DNA of 64,000 bases from positions 9,496,357 through 9,560,356 of the forward strand of contig JBNZDD010013721.1 of NCBI GenBank assembly GCA_050575255.1, given 5' to 3'. The notes below the pieces were generated by a model. That model made no database searches, was not told where the DNA came from, and saw only the letters and a list, made by a program, of their open reading frames with translations. Below are positions 48,291-61,485 of the stretch, one piece after another (position 1 is the stretch's first letter; each line of letters begins with the position of its first letter). Both the position numbers and the translations under genes were made by a program. This DNA is from Harriotta raleighana (Eukaryota).

Positions 48291-48544
48291 ATCCCATTTA
48301 CCAGCATTTTTCCTCAACACCCTGTTGTCTAGCTAATTTTGACTTTTAACACCACACCCAGCAGGGCATTCATATCTTAACAGCTCTGTTTTGAAAGAAA
48401 ATTCCTCCATTGCTGATCATCTTAAATGGATGTCCTACAGACAAGTTCCATTCTTGTATTGATGTACAGGGAAGTCTCTGGAACACTTTCTCGTAAGGTC
48501 ATAGTGTAAGTTGAGTTCAATACGTTCCACTCCAAATGAAAACC

Positions 48545-48608
48545 CCTTGGGTCATCCTCCCGACGTGAAAGGCGTTCTACAAATGTAATGTTGCTGTTGT
48601 TGTTGTTG
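48545..48608 (+). mobile_element. Solo L2 3' tail
   Basis: CATCCTCCCGACGTGAAAGGCGTTCTACAAATGTAATGTTGC(TGT)n. Confidence 0.85.
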
Positions 48609-49849
48609 CATTATTATTAGTTTATTCCTTTGGTATTGAATGATGTTGTAAACAGGTGCAGCTCAGAAGTGAAAGATCACTATTTCACTCATCTATAACT
48701 TGACCATGTATGATACTAGTTCATATAACTAGTACAACAATACAAAACTTGGCACAATAATCAATTGCTTTCCTGCACTTCCCATATTTCATTTCATCGA
48801 GTCCGAGCCAGATTCATTGATCTAACTTTTTTTTTAGTAAATCCAGCCAATATGCTGGAAGTTCATTGTATTTTTAAGTCACTGTGGTTAGTCGATCACT
48901 ATAAAGTCTCCAATAACCCCCTCATCAGGGACTGTTAACAGAGAAATTCAGGTCAAGGAACTATTGATTTTATGTTAAAGGATTTTCAAAATTAAATGCA
49001 GCCAGTTTTAAAGGGCAAATGTAATTCTTATAATAAAATAATCATTGAACATGCTTTATGTCTTATTGATGTTGAGGTTTGAATATTGGATTCTGAGGGT
49101 AATATAAAAATATATTTAGAAGTCATTTTGATGCAAGGTTATATGATCAGATGGAATATATAGACCTGACTGCTTGATATTAATTTCACATCATAGAATG
49201 ACACTTCAGTAATTGCCATCCAGTTTCCACATTTTAACTCCCTTTCAAATAACGTCTGATTAAATTGTGTTTATACAAGACAATGAGTGCAATTTATTCC
49301 ATGATGTATCATTTCCAGCCAATTTTGGTGAGATGTTCTACTTGCACAAAATCTGCAGTTTTATTCCAGTTTAATAACAGGAAATTGTAACTCTGATCAA
49401 CTAGATTTTTTTTGCCTTTAAGAGCAATTTTGCACTGATACTGTCCACTTTATAATTTCCAGATTGAAGTTTGAAATGATCCCAGGCAATCTGCTGGATC
49501 CCCATTAGATTGGTAATGTTAGTACATACCTTCCTTTTCTAATATTATAAATGTCACCATCATGTTTCTAACGCAGGAGCAAAATGTGTCATTTGGTTCC
49601 TGAATTTTCATTATCATATTTTCTGAATCTGAATTAACATCCATTAATATCTCTTCTAAAACTTGAGCTTAAAGAATACCAATGAGTTCAGGGTTCCTTT
49701 CCCAAAAAATATATTAGTATGAAATGAACATGTGTAGAAATATCTAGAGCAATGTTTAAAGCATATGAACAAAATCCTGCTTTCACTTGAAATATTTGTG
49801 ATAGAGCAGTAGGTAAAACGTGTCTTGGAATGACATAGAACTGCATACA

Positions 49850-49968
49850 ATGATAATAATAATAACCCTTGCATTTGATACAATGCCTTAACAATTCTTC
49901 AAGACATCTCAATGCACTTCACAGAATATACCGCAAAGTCTAGTGACTGTGAATTTTGTGGGCGAAAC
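49850..49968 (-). mobile_element. SINE tail fragment
   Basis: ATAATAATAATAACCCTTGCATTTGATAC...CTTCACAGAATATAC. Confidence 0.85.
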
Positions 49969-49970
49969 AA

Positions 49971-50210
49971 TACAGCATGGAAGCAAGCCATTCAGTCCAC
50001 ATAGATTGTGCAAGTAGCTATGTTCCTCACATGGGTCTCCATTTCTCGTGTTCACCTTTCCTATACCTGTACTCCATTCTTCCTCATGTATGCCTTCAGT
50101 TTCCTCTTAAATACTTTGTTACATTTTTGCTTGAACCACAGCTGCTAACAAAGTTCAACATCTCACCATTCTCTGCATAAAGAAGGTCCTCCTAAATTCC
50201 TTTCTAATTC
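49971..50210 (-). mobile_element. Degraded CR1 3' end
   Basis: TACAGCATGGAAGCAAGCCATTCAGTCCA...TTCCTCTTAAAT...CTCACCATTCTCTGCATAAAGAAG.TCCTCCTAAATTCC (reverse of RR.FF.QR.V). Confidence 0.7.
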
Positions 50211-52860
50211 TAGCCAGCCTCACAACTCTCTGCCTGAGAAGTTCTAAAAGTAACAGTTATGCCATTGTTAAAGGGAATCTGACCCACGCAGTAGTCCTCA
50301 TGAAAGCTGAATCCAAAGGTCTCGTTGGTTAGATTTACGGCTTTTTTGGGCTGTAAATTCACCGTATCTGTAATTGTGGTCTGAGGAAAGTCATTAAGGA
50401 GTTTTGAGTGTCCAATGAATGATTGGGTTATTAATAATGATATATTTCATGTGAGGAGGACAAAATGTTTCCCAAGATTTACTGGCGAGTGGAGCGACTG
50501 TGTGTTTTGTAGGCAAACATTTACTATTTCATTGTTCACTAAAGTTTCACTGTTTATAACACACTCCCCACCCCAACCCCCCATATGCTTTGTCTTTCTC
50601 CCAGAAACCCAAATTAATGTTCTACAGCACAATTTAAATGATGGGCACTGCTTGGCATAAAGCCAGCTCTTGCTCTTCATTAAAATGAAGACAGAGAATT
50701 TAAAGGTGTGTTCTGAATATAAAAGTGACAATGAAGTGTGACAAATTAAAAAGAGGATGACCTTGCTGTTCTAACTTCTAAACTAAAAGAAAAAAAGCAT
50801 ACTCTACTTGAAGATCCTGTTCAGCTCGCTGCTAATTGGAACTGGAATTGGAGCTATCATAATTAGAAAGCACTTATTGACCTCTGTTTTCAATGAAAAC
50901 CTGAAACTGTGTGTAACACAGAACCTTCTGGCTTTGGACATTGTTTTAAGAGATCAGTAAACAAGATCAAGTCATTTGAAGATTCACCATCTTCGAAATC
51001 AAGGGTTGAGTAAAATTCCATGTGACTTGCACACCTTGTTAATTCTGCTCTCAGTCCTGAACGTTATACCTTCCGCGAACTAGGGTATGTTGTAGAAATT
51101 ATGACATCAAATATGCATAGCTTGTTTTAGTTTGAATAACTGGTGCAGATTTTCTGTTGATATTATTTACAAGTCGTGGCTAAACGCTGGTTTATTTGTT
51201 ATCTTTAATATTTTGGGGTATTGTTATGCTCTTACTTATGATCATGTGGTTTGCTTTTTTTTTATGAAATGAGTCAGTGTTTGTGGATTATCTGTAAAGT
51301 CCTCTGGGTTTTAAATAAAACATAACAAAGTTTAAAAACCGCATTGCTCAAATCTGTCATCATATATTCCAAATCTGACTTTAATGCTCTGTTTGGAAAC
51401 CAAACGTTTCATATGTTCACAGTTCTTGATGTAACTGAGGTCCACAGCACTGTATTAAATGGTAGTGTACTGCCTTTGTGTATCATTTTAGACTATGAAG
51501 TTCAATGTAGTATGTGGCAATTTCCAATGGACTTCCTTGAAAGGAAACCAAGTTGACAATTCTTTGATTAACCAGAGGTACATGGTCCCAGCTCATGGGA
51601 ACTCCAATCAAAAAGTACATTGCAAGTTGATTCAGCATATTTCTGGTTTCCTTAGTTATGAATCCCTTTGGAAATCTCTCCATGTTAGACCTCGACAACC
51701 ACATATATAATGACTTTTATGCACAGAGGTTTCTTGAAGTGCAGTAACTTGTAACAAGCATGGACACAACTGACAGTAACCTTTTGTTCCAAGCTTCTTT
51801 CAATCTAGCCATACTGATGTGATATTTCCTGCCAAATGCAATATATGTACAGTATAAGGCTTCGTGGGTTTTTATGAGAGAGCTAGTATTAAAGAGGAAT
51901 TTCAATATAAATTCGACATTCCATAAATTAAACCCAAAGGCTGAAAAACAATTTATCATCATTAAATGGCAAGATGAAACTTTAACCTTCTGTTGGCAAT
52001 GCCTCTCGATGCTTTCGTTCATGGAAGTGTTAATATTTTACGTAAGATCTAAGACTTCAGTTAGGAAGTCGCTTCCACTATTTACTTGGGACACAACTCT
52101 CCATAGGTAAACACATTTGATCATTATGCAAGTTGTTTCTTAACTGAAGGAAATTACCAAGACATCTCAATTAATCAAGGACACGTCAAGTCTGCACAAA
52201 CAAAAACTTTGTGAAGTACTGTAGCTAAATTTGCATGTCGGGCTATATTTCTGCATCAAAAGAAACGAGGTTATGATCTGTTATGAATGTAAGACTTGGA
52301 ATTACCTAGCCTCTTCAATTGCATTTAAACAATGTCTGCTCTGCTTATTTAGTGTCAACTTGGTACTTATTTTACAATTTTATTTAATTTAGAACATCAA
52401 ATATGCCCTGAATATCTGTTCTGTTGTTAATATACAGTATTATCCATTTTCTTAAATGGATTACTAATGGAGGGGGAAGTCAAACAAGTTGGAATGTAGG
52501 AGGATGTCAAACAAACTTGGATTAAAACAAGTCATATTTTAATCCAGTTCTGTCCATTCACCTACAATGGATTTGTTGTTTCTTAGACCTCTTCGCTGCA
52601 ACAACTGATGGGAAACAAGTTAGCTTCTACATTGTAATAGATCTGCTCCACTTACAGGACATCAGATAAAAATCAATGTACACAAATGTAAAATTGTAAC
52701 AGTCGTTTAAACTTAGCAGCTCCTAAAATATAAAATCTCTTTGCAGTGTGGTGTCATCTGCTTTTGGTGGCAATTCAAACATTTCCAGATGAGAGGAGGA
52801 AATCGGTGTGTATTTGAGGGAGAGAGAGAGGGGTGGGGAGGGTGTTGGGGGGGGGGGGGG

Positions 52861-52922
52861 NNNNNNNNNNNNNNNNNNNNNNNNNNNNNNNNNNNNNNNN
52901 NNNNNNNNNNNNNNNNNNNNNN
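52861..52922. other. Assembly gap (62 N) flanked by duplicated G-rich sequence
   Basis: TTTGAGGGAGAGAGAGAGGGGTGGGGAGGGTG plus poly-G on both sides of the gap. Confidence 0.95.
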
Positions 52923-53649
52923 TTTGAGGGAGAGAGAGAGGGGTGGGGAGGGTGGGGGGGGGGGGGGGGCAGATTCTGTTTATTCACTGCGATAAGAGTA
53001 AAATGTCTTTATAATGGATACACATTTCATGCAAATGCCTTTGCATCCGTGCATCCCTGGCTCAGGATAGGACTGAGGTCCATTACTCCTCCTGGGATAA
53101 GTGGCGCCCTCTCAATTATAAGATAACAGAGCACTGCATTCCAGCTGTACACCAATGGTGCTAAATAAGTAGGTTTAATCTTCATTGAAGCACATATAAA
53201 CTCGGAGTCTAAACAAGTGCTATTCGCTGATCAGTGCGCATTAAATAAAACTGTCAGTTGCAATTGGATCCAGTATTTATCAGGAATGCCTGCTTATCAG
53301 GAACATCCTGTGCTCGGGCAAACGCAGCACAAAGCAAGAGTGAAATTGGCAAGAGATAATGAAAAGTTACTGAGCTATAATGGCTACAGCATTCCAAATC
53401 ACAGGGACCAAACATCGGTAAACATACTTTGCAAAATTGGCTCTGGAAAAATGCATGACTTTTTTTGGGGAATGAGTGCACACCTCCAAGCAATAGCTTC
53501 AGTGATTTGCAAGTACCTTAAATCCTTTCTCTTTGGGCAACTGTCTCGCCCCTACCTCCAAATTCTTTCTTTCCTCACTGCTTGGTGTTACCGTTCATCC
53601 TTTCGTCAGCCGAGCTGAAGGGTGCTGTGCAATTTGTATTGTTATATGG

Positions 53650-53850
53650 GCTTCGCATCAAGGCATTTCGGAATATGATTCATAATGCTTCACAGGTAAT
53701 TACACTTAATTGTACTGACTGTATCTGTTAACAAACTTCCCAGCCAAAATCTAACAAAGAGCCATGAGGAGGATGATGTCGTTAACATGAAAGACTCTTG
53801 GCCAAGGCAATCCTGTTTGAATATTGTCCTGGGATCTTTAATATCCTTTA
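53650..53850 (-). mobile_element. Highly degraded Deu-type SINE
   Basis: GCTTCACAG...GTACTGACTGTATCTGT...CAGCCAA...TTGGCCAAGG...CCTGGGATCTTTAATATCC. Confidence 0.5.
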
Positions 53851-56800
53851 ATTTATCATTCCCGCATTTCTGACTTTAGTCAAAACCGTTAGGCCACCTA
53901 GACAGCAATATGGAACGGAAACATTTCTCCCTCTATATGTACACGTCTACTGCAGCTCCAGCAGATGCATATCTATGCTGGAATATCCATCTGATGAAAC
54001 ATCCTCAAAATTGTTCCATAATGGAAAGCTCCACCGTTAGAAATGGTACGAAAAGTAACACCAAACCATGTTTTGCAGGTTACCCAATCTTTCTTGATTC
54101 TGTACGGCGAGTATTCTACAAGGATGAGATCAAAATGGGTTAAGGGATGCCTAATTCTGAACCCTTCTTGTGATCTTTTATCTATCTATGTTTACAGCAC
54201 TGGTTTATATACACAAATATTGTCCACTGGACTTGCACTTGTTAAAGTTATCCTTGTGTACTGAGAGTTGAGGACTGTGAGTATGAAGTCTTAAGTACTG
54301 TTATTTGTTAGTGCATGATGGTTTGGGCTTTTTATGTGTGATTGGGTATACATACCATTAGCTTCAAAACATTTTTCTTCATTACAGTACCATGTAGTAC
54401 AAATTATTCACTGCCTTACCTTCATTATATTTCTTTAGCATTCGGGAGGAACATGTCTGTATCAAATTGGAATCCATCAAGGTTCAAAGAACAGCCCAAA
54501 TGTACACATGGTAACTAGGATTGATGATAACTTCTGTTTCACTCCGGGAGGTAAAATTCCCACTTGTGTGAGTGATGTCAGGTTTTCAGTCAATTGCTAC
54601 AATACCCAATCCTGACTTCATGGCTTTCACGAGAAACAATGTATTAAACGCAGGCTGCTCACCTTTGATTGTTTTGTGAGATTATTTGGGCAAGGTCTTT
54701 GGATATTCGTATATACATGATGTCTTTTTATGAGTGATTAAACCAGATTAGCATTTGATTCTTACTCCCTGAACTGAAAAATTGCTTTTCTTTTTCTCCC
54801 ATTCTCCAAATTTCACAACGTGAGCTGTTCCGTGATGCTATTGTGGAACTGTAGCATTTGAATCAATAATTGCCCAACATCAATTGCAATACTGCGTTTA
54901 TAAATATTCCCAGAGAAAGTTTTCCACAGCCATCTAACTCGCTGATTTGCAAATACTATGCTTAACACCGAGGAAACTAGTCAGCTTCGCAATAACATTG
55001 CTTTGTTTACTGAGCTCCACTGTGTGATCCAGGAACTCTCTTTGTAGCTCTGCTAAATAGAAAACAGAGCACTTTTTCATAAGTGCAATGCTCCACTAGG
55101 ATACACAGTTGGTAAACATGCTTAGCTTCCCATCAGGGATAGCAGTCTTGTAAATAAATTATTGCACAAGTCCTTTGTGACGATTGCCTAAGGATGTGAT
55201 TGATCAATAGAGATTATTGCCCAGAACCTTGTAAATTGTCAATCGGTAGCCGTGTGACCAAAATAAAAGCGTTAACATTCGAAGAAGACTAAAGAAAACC
55301 ACATTAAAAAAAAATCAGTGACTAAAATAAACCAAGTTAAGAATGGACTCTAATTGCTGGATTCATTAGGTCTCACCAAACTAAAATCCGATATTACCCT
55401 CGTTCTTGCATCAATGGGGGAGAGCGAAAAACTTCCGGTCAAAATTCAACAATGAATTCAATAAACAAGGTTGAAACTTGACAGCAAATCAAGGCAGGCT
55501 GAACCTGCACTTGACAGTAAATCCAACAGCTAAGTTCAAGACTGATCAAAAACAACCCCAGGCTCAACAACAAATACAAGCCTGAGCCGAGATGTCCAGT
55601 ACACACAGCACAGTAAATAAACCAGTGACTGAACTTTAGGAGAAAATATAATAGGCTCAAAAGGAAAATTGAGTGGGAAAGCAGACAACTGAACCTAATG
55701 TGTGATATTTGCAAATGAGATTTACATTGATTGCAACTTCCAGTTTATATTGAATTAGCGAAATTCACGTTTGCAATTCACGTTTCCATGACGGCAATGT
55801 CCCCAAAAAGTCAAAGTGCAACATTGCACGTGTGCTATGGACTTGAGAAAGAAGCGCCCCTAATAGCTAATTGTCAGCAAATCACATCCAATACATCTAA
55901 TCATCCAGTAACTGATGTTGCCTGCAGTGTCAGTGTAAAAGTTCTCTCAAAATACTGGAAATTGTACCATTTTACCAGAAGCTCCAGGCATGTGCTATAA
56001 GTAGAAGAAAATAGTCGAAAGTAGACTTAACTGTAAATATGATCCTATTATGGGAAAATGGATGTTATTCGAGATCAGTAGAACGCCACAGTCATCACAA
56101 ATGATGCATTGAATTTTTGTAGCTGATTTGTATAGCAAAAGCAGGTTGTAAACAATAATCAAAGTGTATCATCTCCACTGTATTATTGTAAGACCATACA
56201 GGCAGCACAATGTGTGTGGACTGTCCCGCGGTGTGTACATAATCCTTGTACCTGCTACGACAGCCACATTGGCAAGAAATAGCGCAATTCCCAGAATGTT
56301 GGCACTGAAATCAACTCATTTTGAAACAATCTAAGTTTTTTTTAATATTAAAAGACGGTTATACATACAAAGCTGAGCTTAGAACTGTGTGGCTTCTGGG
56401 TGCGGTTGATATTGCAAGAATTTTGAGTCGCAAATCTCAAGCTTGACTGAGATTTATGAGTTGCATCAAGCCAAGCTTGCNCAAGTTTTTTTTTAAATAT
56501 TAAAAGACGGTTATACATACAAAGCTGAGCTTGGAACTGTGTGGCTTCTGGGTGCGGTTGATATTGCAAGAATTTTGAGTCACAAATCTCAAGCTTGACT
56601 GAGATTTATGAGTTGCATCAAGCCAAGCTTGCTATCTCTGAGACACAGCTTAGTTTTAATGGGCGGATGCTGAAATGCAAAGGAGAAGGGTTGTGAAATT
56701 GCAGTGAAATATGGCTGCAGTTATTCCACAAGGGGGGAATCTATTGTTATCGGCAAGTTGTACTCTTACTGGGAAAATATAAAACTGGATCTTGAGGAAA

Positions 56801-59800
56801 CAGCGAGCTGGCTCACAGCATTGATGGTTGTACTCATCCTGGCTTGTATTTGTACCATCGTGAAGAGCAAAAAATCTTCTAGACGAGTAGAAACAATATT
56901 GATATTCATGTTAATAGCAAGATAAGAGTCATGAAGTAATCAATGTTATAGCCTGTTCAGTTCAATGGAAATTACATCTTTTCTACTGGGGTGGGTGAAA
57001 TGATGATGAATGAAATGCCTGTTGGGCATAAGCCTTCTAATGATGTAACAGTCAATGGGGTCTAATTTTCTATATTTGTTACCAAATTTCACTATATTTC
57101 TTACCAAATTAATTCTCAAATTTCCTGAAGAATGTATATATTTGCTTATTCCTATTTTAGAAATTCAAAATGTATACTCTGCACAATGAATGTTTGAGAA
57201 CTTTGATAACTTACACATTTCTAATTAAGATATAAATAAATACAAAAATGTAAACAAGCATATCTCAACAGTAAAGTGCAGTGAAATATGAGGTGTTCCA
57301 ATTCTTCTGCAGGTAAGCGGACATTTAAAAATGCAGATTTAAAAAATCTCTCACACATAGATACATATAAATAGCATATTGTGATAACTATGTATTAATC
57401 AATAGGATATAGTAGATTATATTGGGTGTAGAATGGCATGGATCTTTGTGAAATTCTGGTAAATAATTCTTGTATCCTGGTATCACGATTTAATTTAAAA
57501 CAACAACTTGTCTTTATATAGTGCCCTGAACACATGTGTTGTCTGTCATAGTGCTTACCAGTGTGATTGCCATTTTAATTGGTAAAACCTCTTCATGACG
57601 CAAATAATGTTCCTCAAAACTAACAGTAAAATGCAAAGATTTGCAAATTTATTATGGATGACAAGGTCAATGGTTACCAACTTTCAACTAATTGTTTAAA
57701 GCAGATTTATTAGGCCAGAGCAAACTAAAATTCAAGATAAATAGAAGCTTAATTTGTGAGCTTGTCAGCTTTCAGCAAGCTTCAAAGTTGTTCAATTGAT
57801 TGTTCACTGTGAGATAAAACTTGAGTTTACTCGATTTTTAAAAAATATATGTGAACCACAACAGTAAATGTGCCAAAATGTTTACTGCCGTATTATATTC
57901 ATGTTCTGTGGTGATGATTTAGTTCTGGTTGTTATGCCTTTCATAAAATAAATTTGTTCAAACCACCCTAACAAAATCATGGATAAATTTCATTTATGCA
58001 TGAATTGCTGTTTTGCATAATTCGCTTTCCAAATTAAGTTCAACCAGCAGCTAACTTGTTAGGGTTTAAGTAGTCTGCAAACCACATTCTGCATAATGGC
58101 CTTTATTGAATTCTCAACAGGAATTATAAATTTAATGGGAACTGAATAAGCATTTGTCTAGTCAGAGTTTGATTTGTGTTGTGTTTTCTTTGCTATATTA
58201 TCTGCAGTGACCAGCAGGAGGAAGAGATCACTTCACACTCGCATTATATTTCAGCATCATTCGGATCAGATAGGCAGCTAGATAGTGTCTGGAAATTCAA
58301 GAGTGAATTCGGTGGCAAATAAATTGATCCCCAGCATAAGAGAGAGAGGAATAAAGGCACATGTATCTTGGCACTGGCCACATAGACTGCAATCTTCTTT
58401 TCCAGTTCTGTACTTTCCTGTGCTCTAAGCTTTCCTCTCTACAAGCCAGGGACCCCTGCTGGGATAGAACCTTGTGTGTAACAGTAACACTCCAGGATCT
58501 TATCCGAGCATGTTTTCTTCAAGTTTGAGCCTAATAACTCTCAATGGGATATTTACTCAAAGGAAACTGTCGCCACTGAACCTAATCCTCTCTCACTCCA
58601 AATCCCCCCACATTTGTCCGTTGACTAAGAGGTCTTCAATTGGGATCAAGAATGACAATCCTGGCAAATTTTCTTCCTCCACTGCAGATCACAGAGACCT
58701 GATTCACTGCCTCTTCAATTATGATTGGCAATAATGTGGTGTAGGCCAGAGCTCAAGCCTGGCACTCGTTTGGTCTGTGTTCCCTAGCACAGTGTCAGTG
58801 TATTTGTAGAATGTGAAAATGATTGTTGCCGCTGTCATCAAATTTCATTGAGGTTTATATGCTATGACCCTCTAGGGTTAGGAAGCTTCCGACACATATT
58901 CCGGATCCAGAATATTTTGGGAAGTTTGCCTTGGCCCCGCCTAAAAACTTTTCTTTTCGATTGTGCTTCCGAACACCTCCCCCAACTCACCCACTCAGAG
59001 TTAGGGTCTGCCACTGTTTAGTGATCTGAGATACTATGTGGCATGGAGAGTGCTATATAAGTGCAAGTTGTTGTTGTTGTGAGTGATAAACTGAGGACCT
59101 GAAAGAGCACTTTTTTTTTAGCACGCAGTATAGGAAACCTAAGCCAACTGTGTTTTCACAGCACACATGTCTATCTCATAGTTTAGAATGGAAATCCACT
59201 CTATTTTGAGCATCAGGTCTCAATCCAGGATGTAGCTTTTCAAAGCATACAAGTATTGTGCACATTAGCAGTAGGTCCATGGCCTAATCTTGCCTTTACA
59301 ACAGATTCCTTCACTGTTTAGCTCAAATCCACCAGCGGAAATCCAGCTGATGGAAATTCTTCACTTTCCACCTCGCACTTAAATTCTTTAAGTAGTGCTA
59401 TTGATCTACATAAAACAGCATTTTTGAGATAAATTAGGGCAGAGTTTTTATCTGCACTTTCAGTTCAGTTTTATTACTTGTCAGTTTTCACTGGTGAGTA
59501 ATAAACCTGAATAACAAAAAGGACTGACTCCTCAATGATCATGTTGTTTATTCAGGAAATATGATATTCCTGACAGCTTGTATGAGTGTGTGTATATATA
59601 AAACAAAGTGTAATCATAAATGCATTGTAAGAGTTATAGTTGTAACGCATTGTAGTTTTGTAAACCAAACATTGCACAATCGCATGATCAGTAATGTGAA
59701 CAGATTGCATTTCCCTGTACATGTTTTATTTATTTCAGAACCGAGAAGGAGATAACAGATGTAGCTTTGTGAGTCTCCAATTGGCTAGCATGCTAAAGTT

Positions 59801-61359
59801 TGATAGGTGTTTGCAAACTATTCTTAGACACTCATGCCTTTAGTCTCCAGAAATGCACCCCCCTTAAGGAGAGTGTAGAACAAATGACAATTTCTTTTTT
59901 TTCCCCCATCAAACACATTGCATAAAACAAGCATTAACCTCATTGAAACAGTTAACCGAAATAGGTCTATTAGACCAAAAAGCAATCCTGGCAATGGATA
60001 CTGTGAGTTGATGATGTTGGTATGCCAAGATGCCTCAGTTTCCCACTAACTTGAATGTACGGCCACCGGTGCCTTCTCTAAACGATGTTGTTTTATGCTT
60101 GCATTTGCCCGCAATTCAATCTGAGCAATTGAAGGATACACAAATGGACACTGATGTAAATCTGAATGGCCTGACTTCTCCCTGGTATGAAATCCAATAA
60201 TTAAACGTGGGCTCAAATAACATGGGCAGGGAGCTCAAAATACAATCAGCTGGTGGTATTGCTGCTTGCTGTTCAGAGAATGTGACCATTTCCAATAAAT
60301 CCTCCTTCACTCCCAGGGGGGAAAATAATTTTACTTGCTGGCCAATGAAGAGTTACAGTGGAGAAAATACATTAAGATTGCAGCATTTTTACAATTGCTT
60401 AATGGCACAGTGGCTGCTGGCTTCCTGCAGTAAACCAGGCTAGTGATGTGTGCAGATCTCGTATGTTCACTGGGTGATGCTGCACATAATGCGTTAGCCC
60501 TGAGATAGTTAAGACTTCTTATCGTCTCATTTGCTACATGTAATAAGCATTAAAATCACCCAGGCGATTTTCAACAACGTGACATCTGGAGTTTGGAAAT
60601 CAATATTTTCCGCGGCAATCTTGCGTTTGTGCCTATCAGTGTCATGTAGCCCCGAATTTCATTCACCGCACATGTGCTTTAGCCTTTTAGTTTACTGTCG
60701 TGGTCGTTTACATTTGGAAGAGGTGGTATCTTCCTTTAGGCAGCCATGGCTACCCTTTCAAACTTGAGAGGCTCTAACCAGGCAAGTGGAAATATTAACT
60801 AATTTATGGGATAGTACCATTCTATTCCTCAAGCACTTTATGGATGAACCTCCAACCCGCAACCCTCGTCCAGAGGTCATTTTTCTCATATAACCTGAAG
60901 CAGGGGATGTGTGCTGACTTCCTCGGGAGGGAAAATGTGAAATTACACTTAGAAAGTCTACGAGCCACAGTCACAATCTGTGCAGTCTTTTAAACACTCC
61001 ATATTCTCATTAGTTTTGAAAATCGGTTTGCAGGCTGAACATTTACAGGATAAAACACACAATAGGGATGACATTCCAGTAGTTATGGTTTTCTACAAGG
61101 GGGTCTGGATGGTTAGTTGTCCTGTATTATTTTTTTTATGCACGAAATTGGTGCTTTTCTAGTTCTCAGTCGCCTTCAGGAAGAGAAGTCCTTGTTCAAC
61201 AAACATAATATGGCCTTAATAGCTAACTGCTGTGTGTAATTGTCATTCTCAGCAAGAAATTGGAATGTAGACTGGAATGCAGATGAGTTTGATGTGCGAG
61301 GAGGAGGAGGAGGCAGCAACTCTTTCAAGATGGTGCAAAGTCCATTCTTTCATGCTTAT

Positions 61360-61485
61360 CACCCCATACGTTTGGCCATAACATACACAATCAATTCACT
61401 TCATCGTAAATTCTAGGAAGCGCTTTGAGACACTTAGAAGACGCGATCGGCCACTATATCAAATGCAAGTATTATTATTATTATC
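61360..61485 (+). mobile_element. SINE tail fragment
   Basis: TCAATTCACTTCA...GAAGCGCTTTGAGAC...CTATATCAAATGCAAGT(ATT)n. Confidence 0.85.

Noticed and set aside
52812-52969. G-quadruplex-forming tandem repeat
   Set aside because: Poly-G flanks a 62-N gap and is duplicated across it; true length and copy number are unknown
53217-53618. 133-aa plus-strand ORF
   Set aside because: GTG start, no recognisable motif, no flanking splice signals
55440-55715. A-rich stretch suggesting a LINE ORF2 tether (RRKYNRLKRKIEWESRQL)
   Set aside because: Too short and bounded by stops; no diagnostic EN or RT motif nearby
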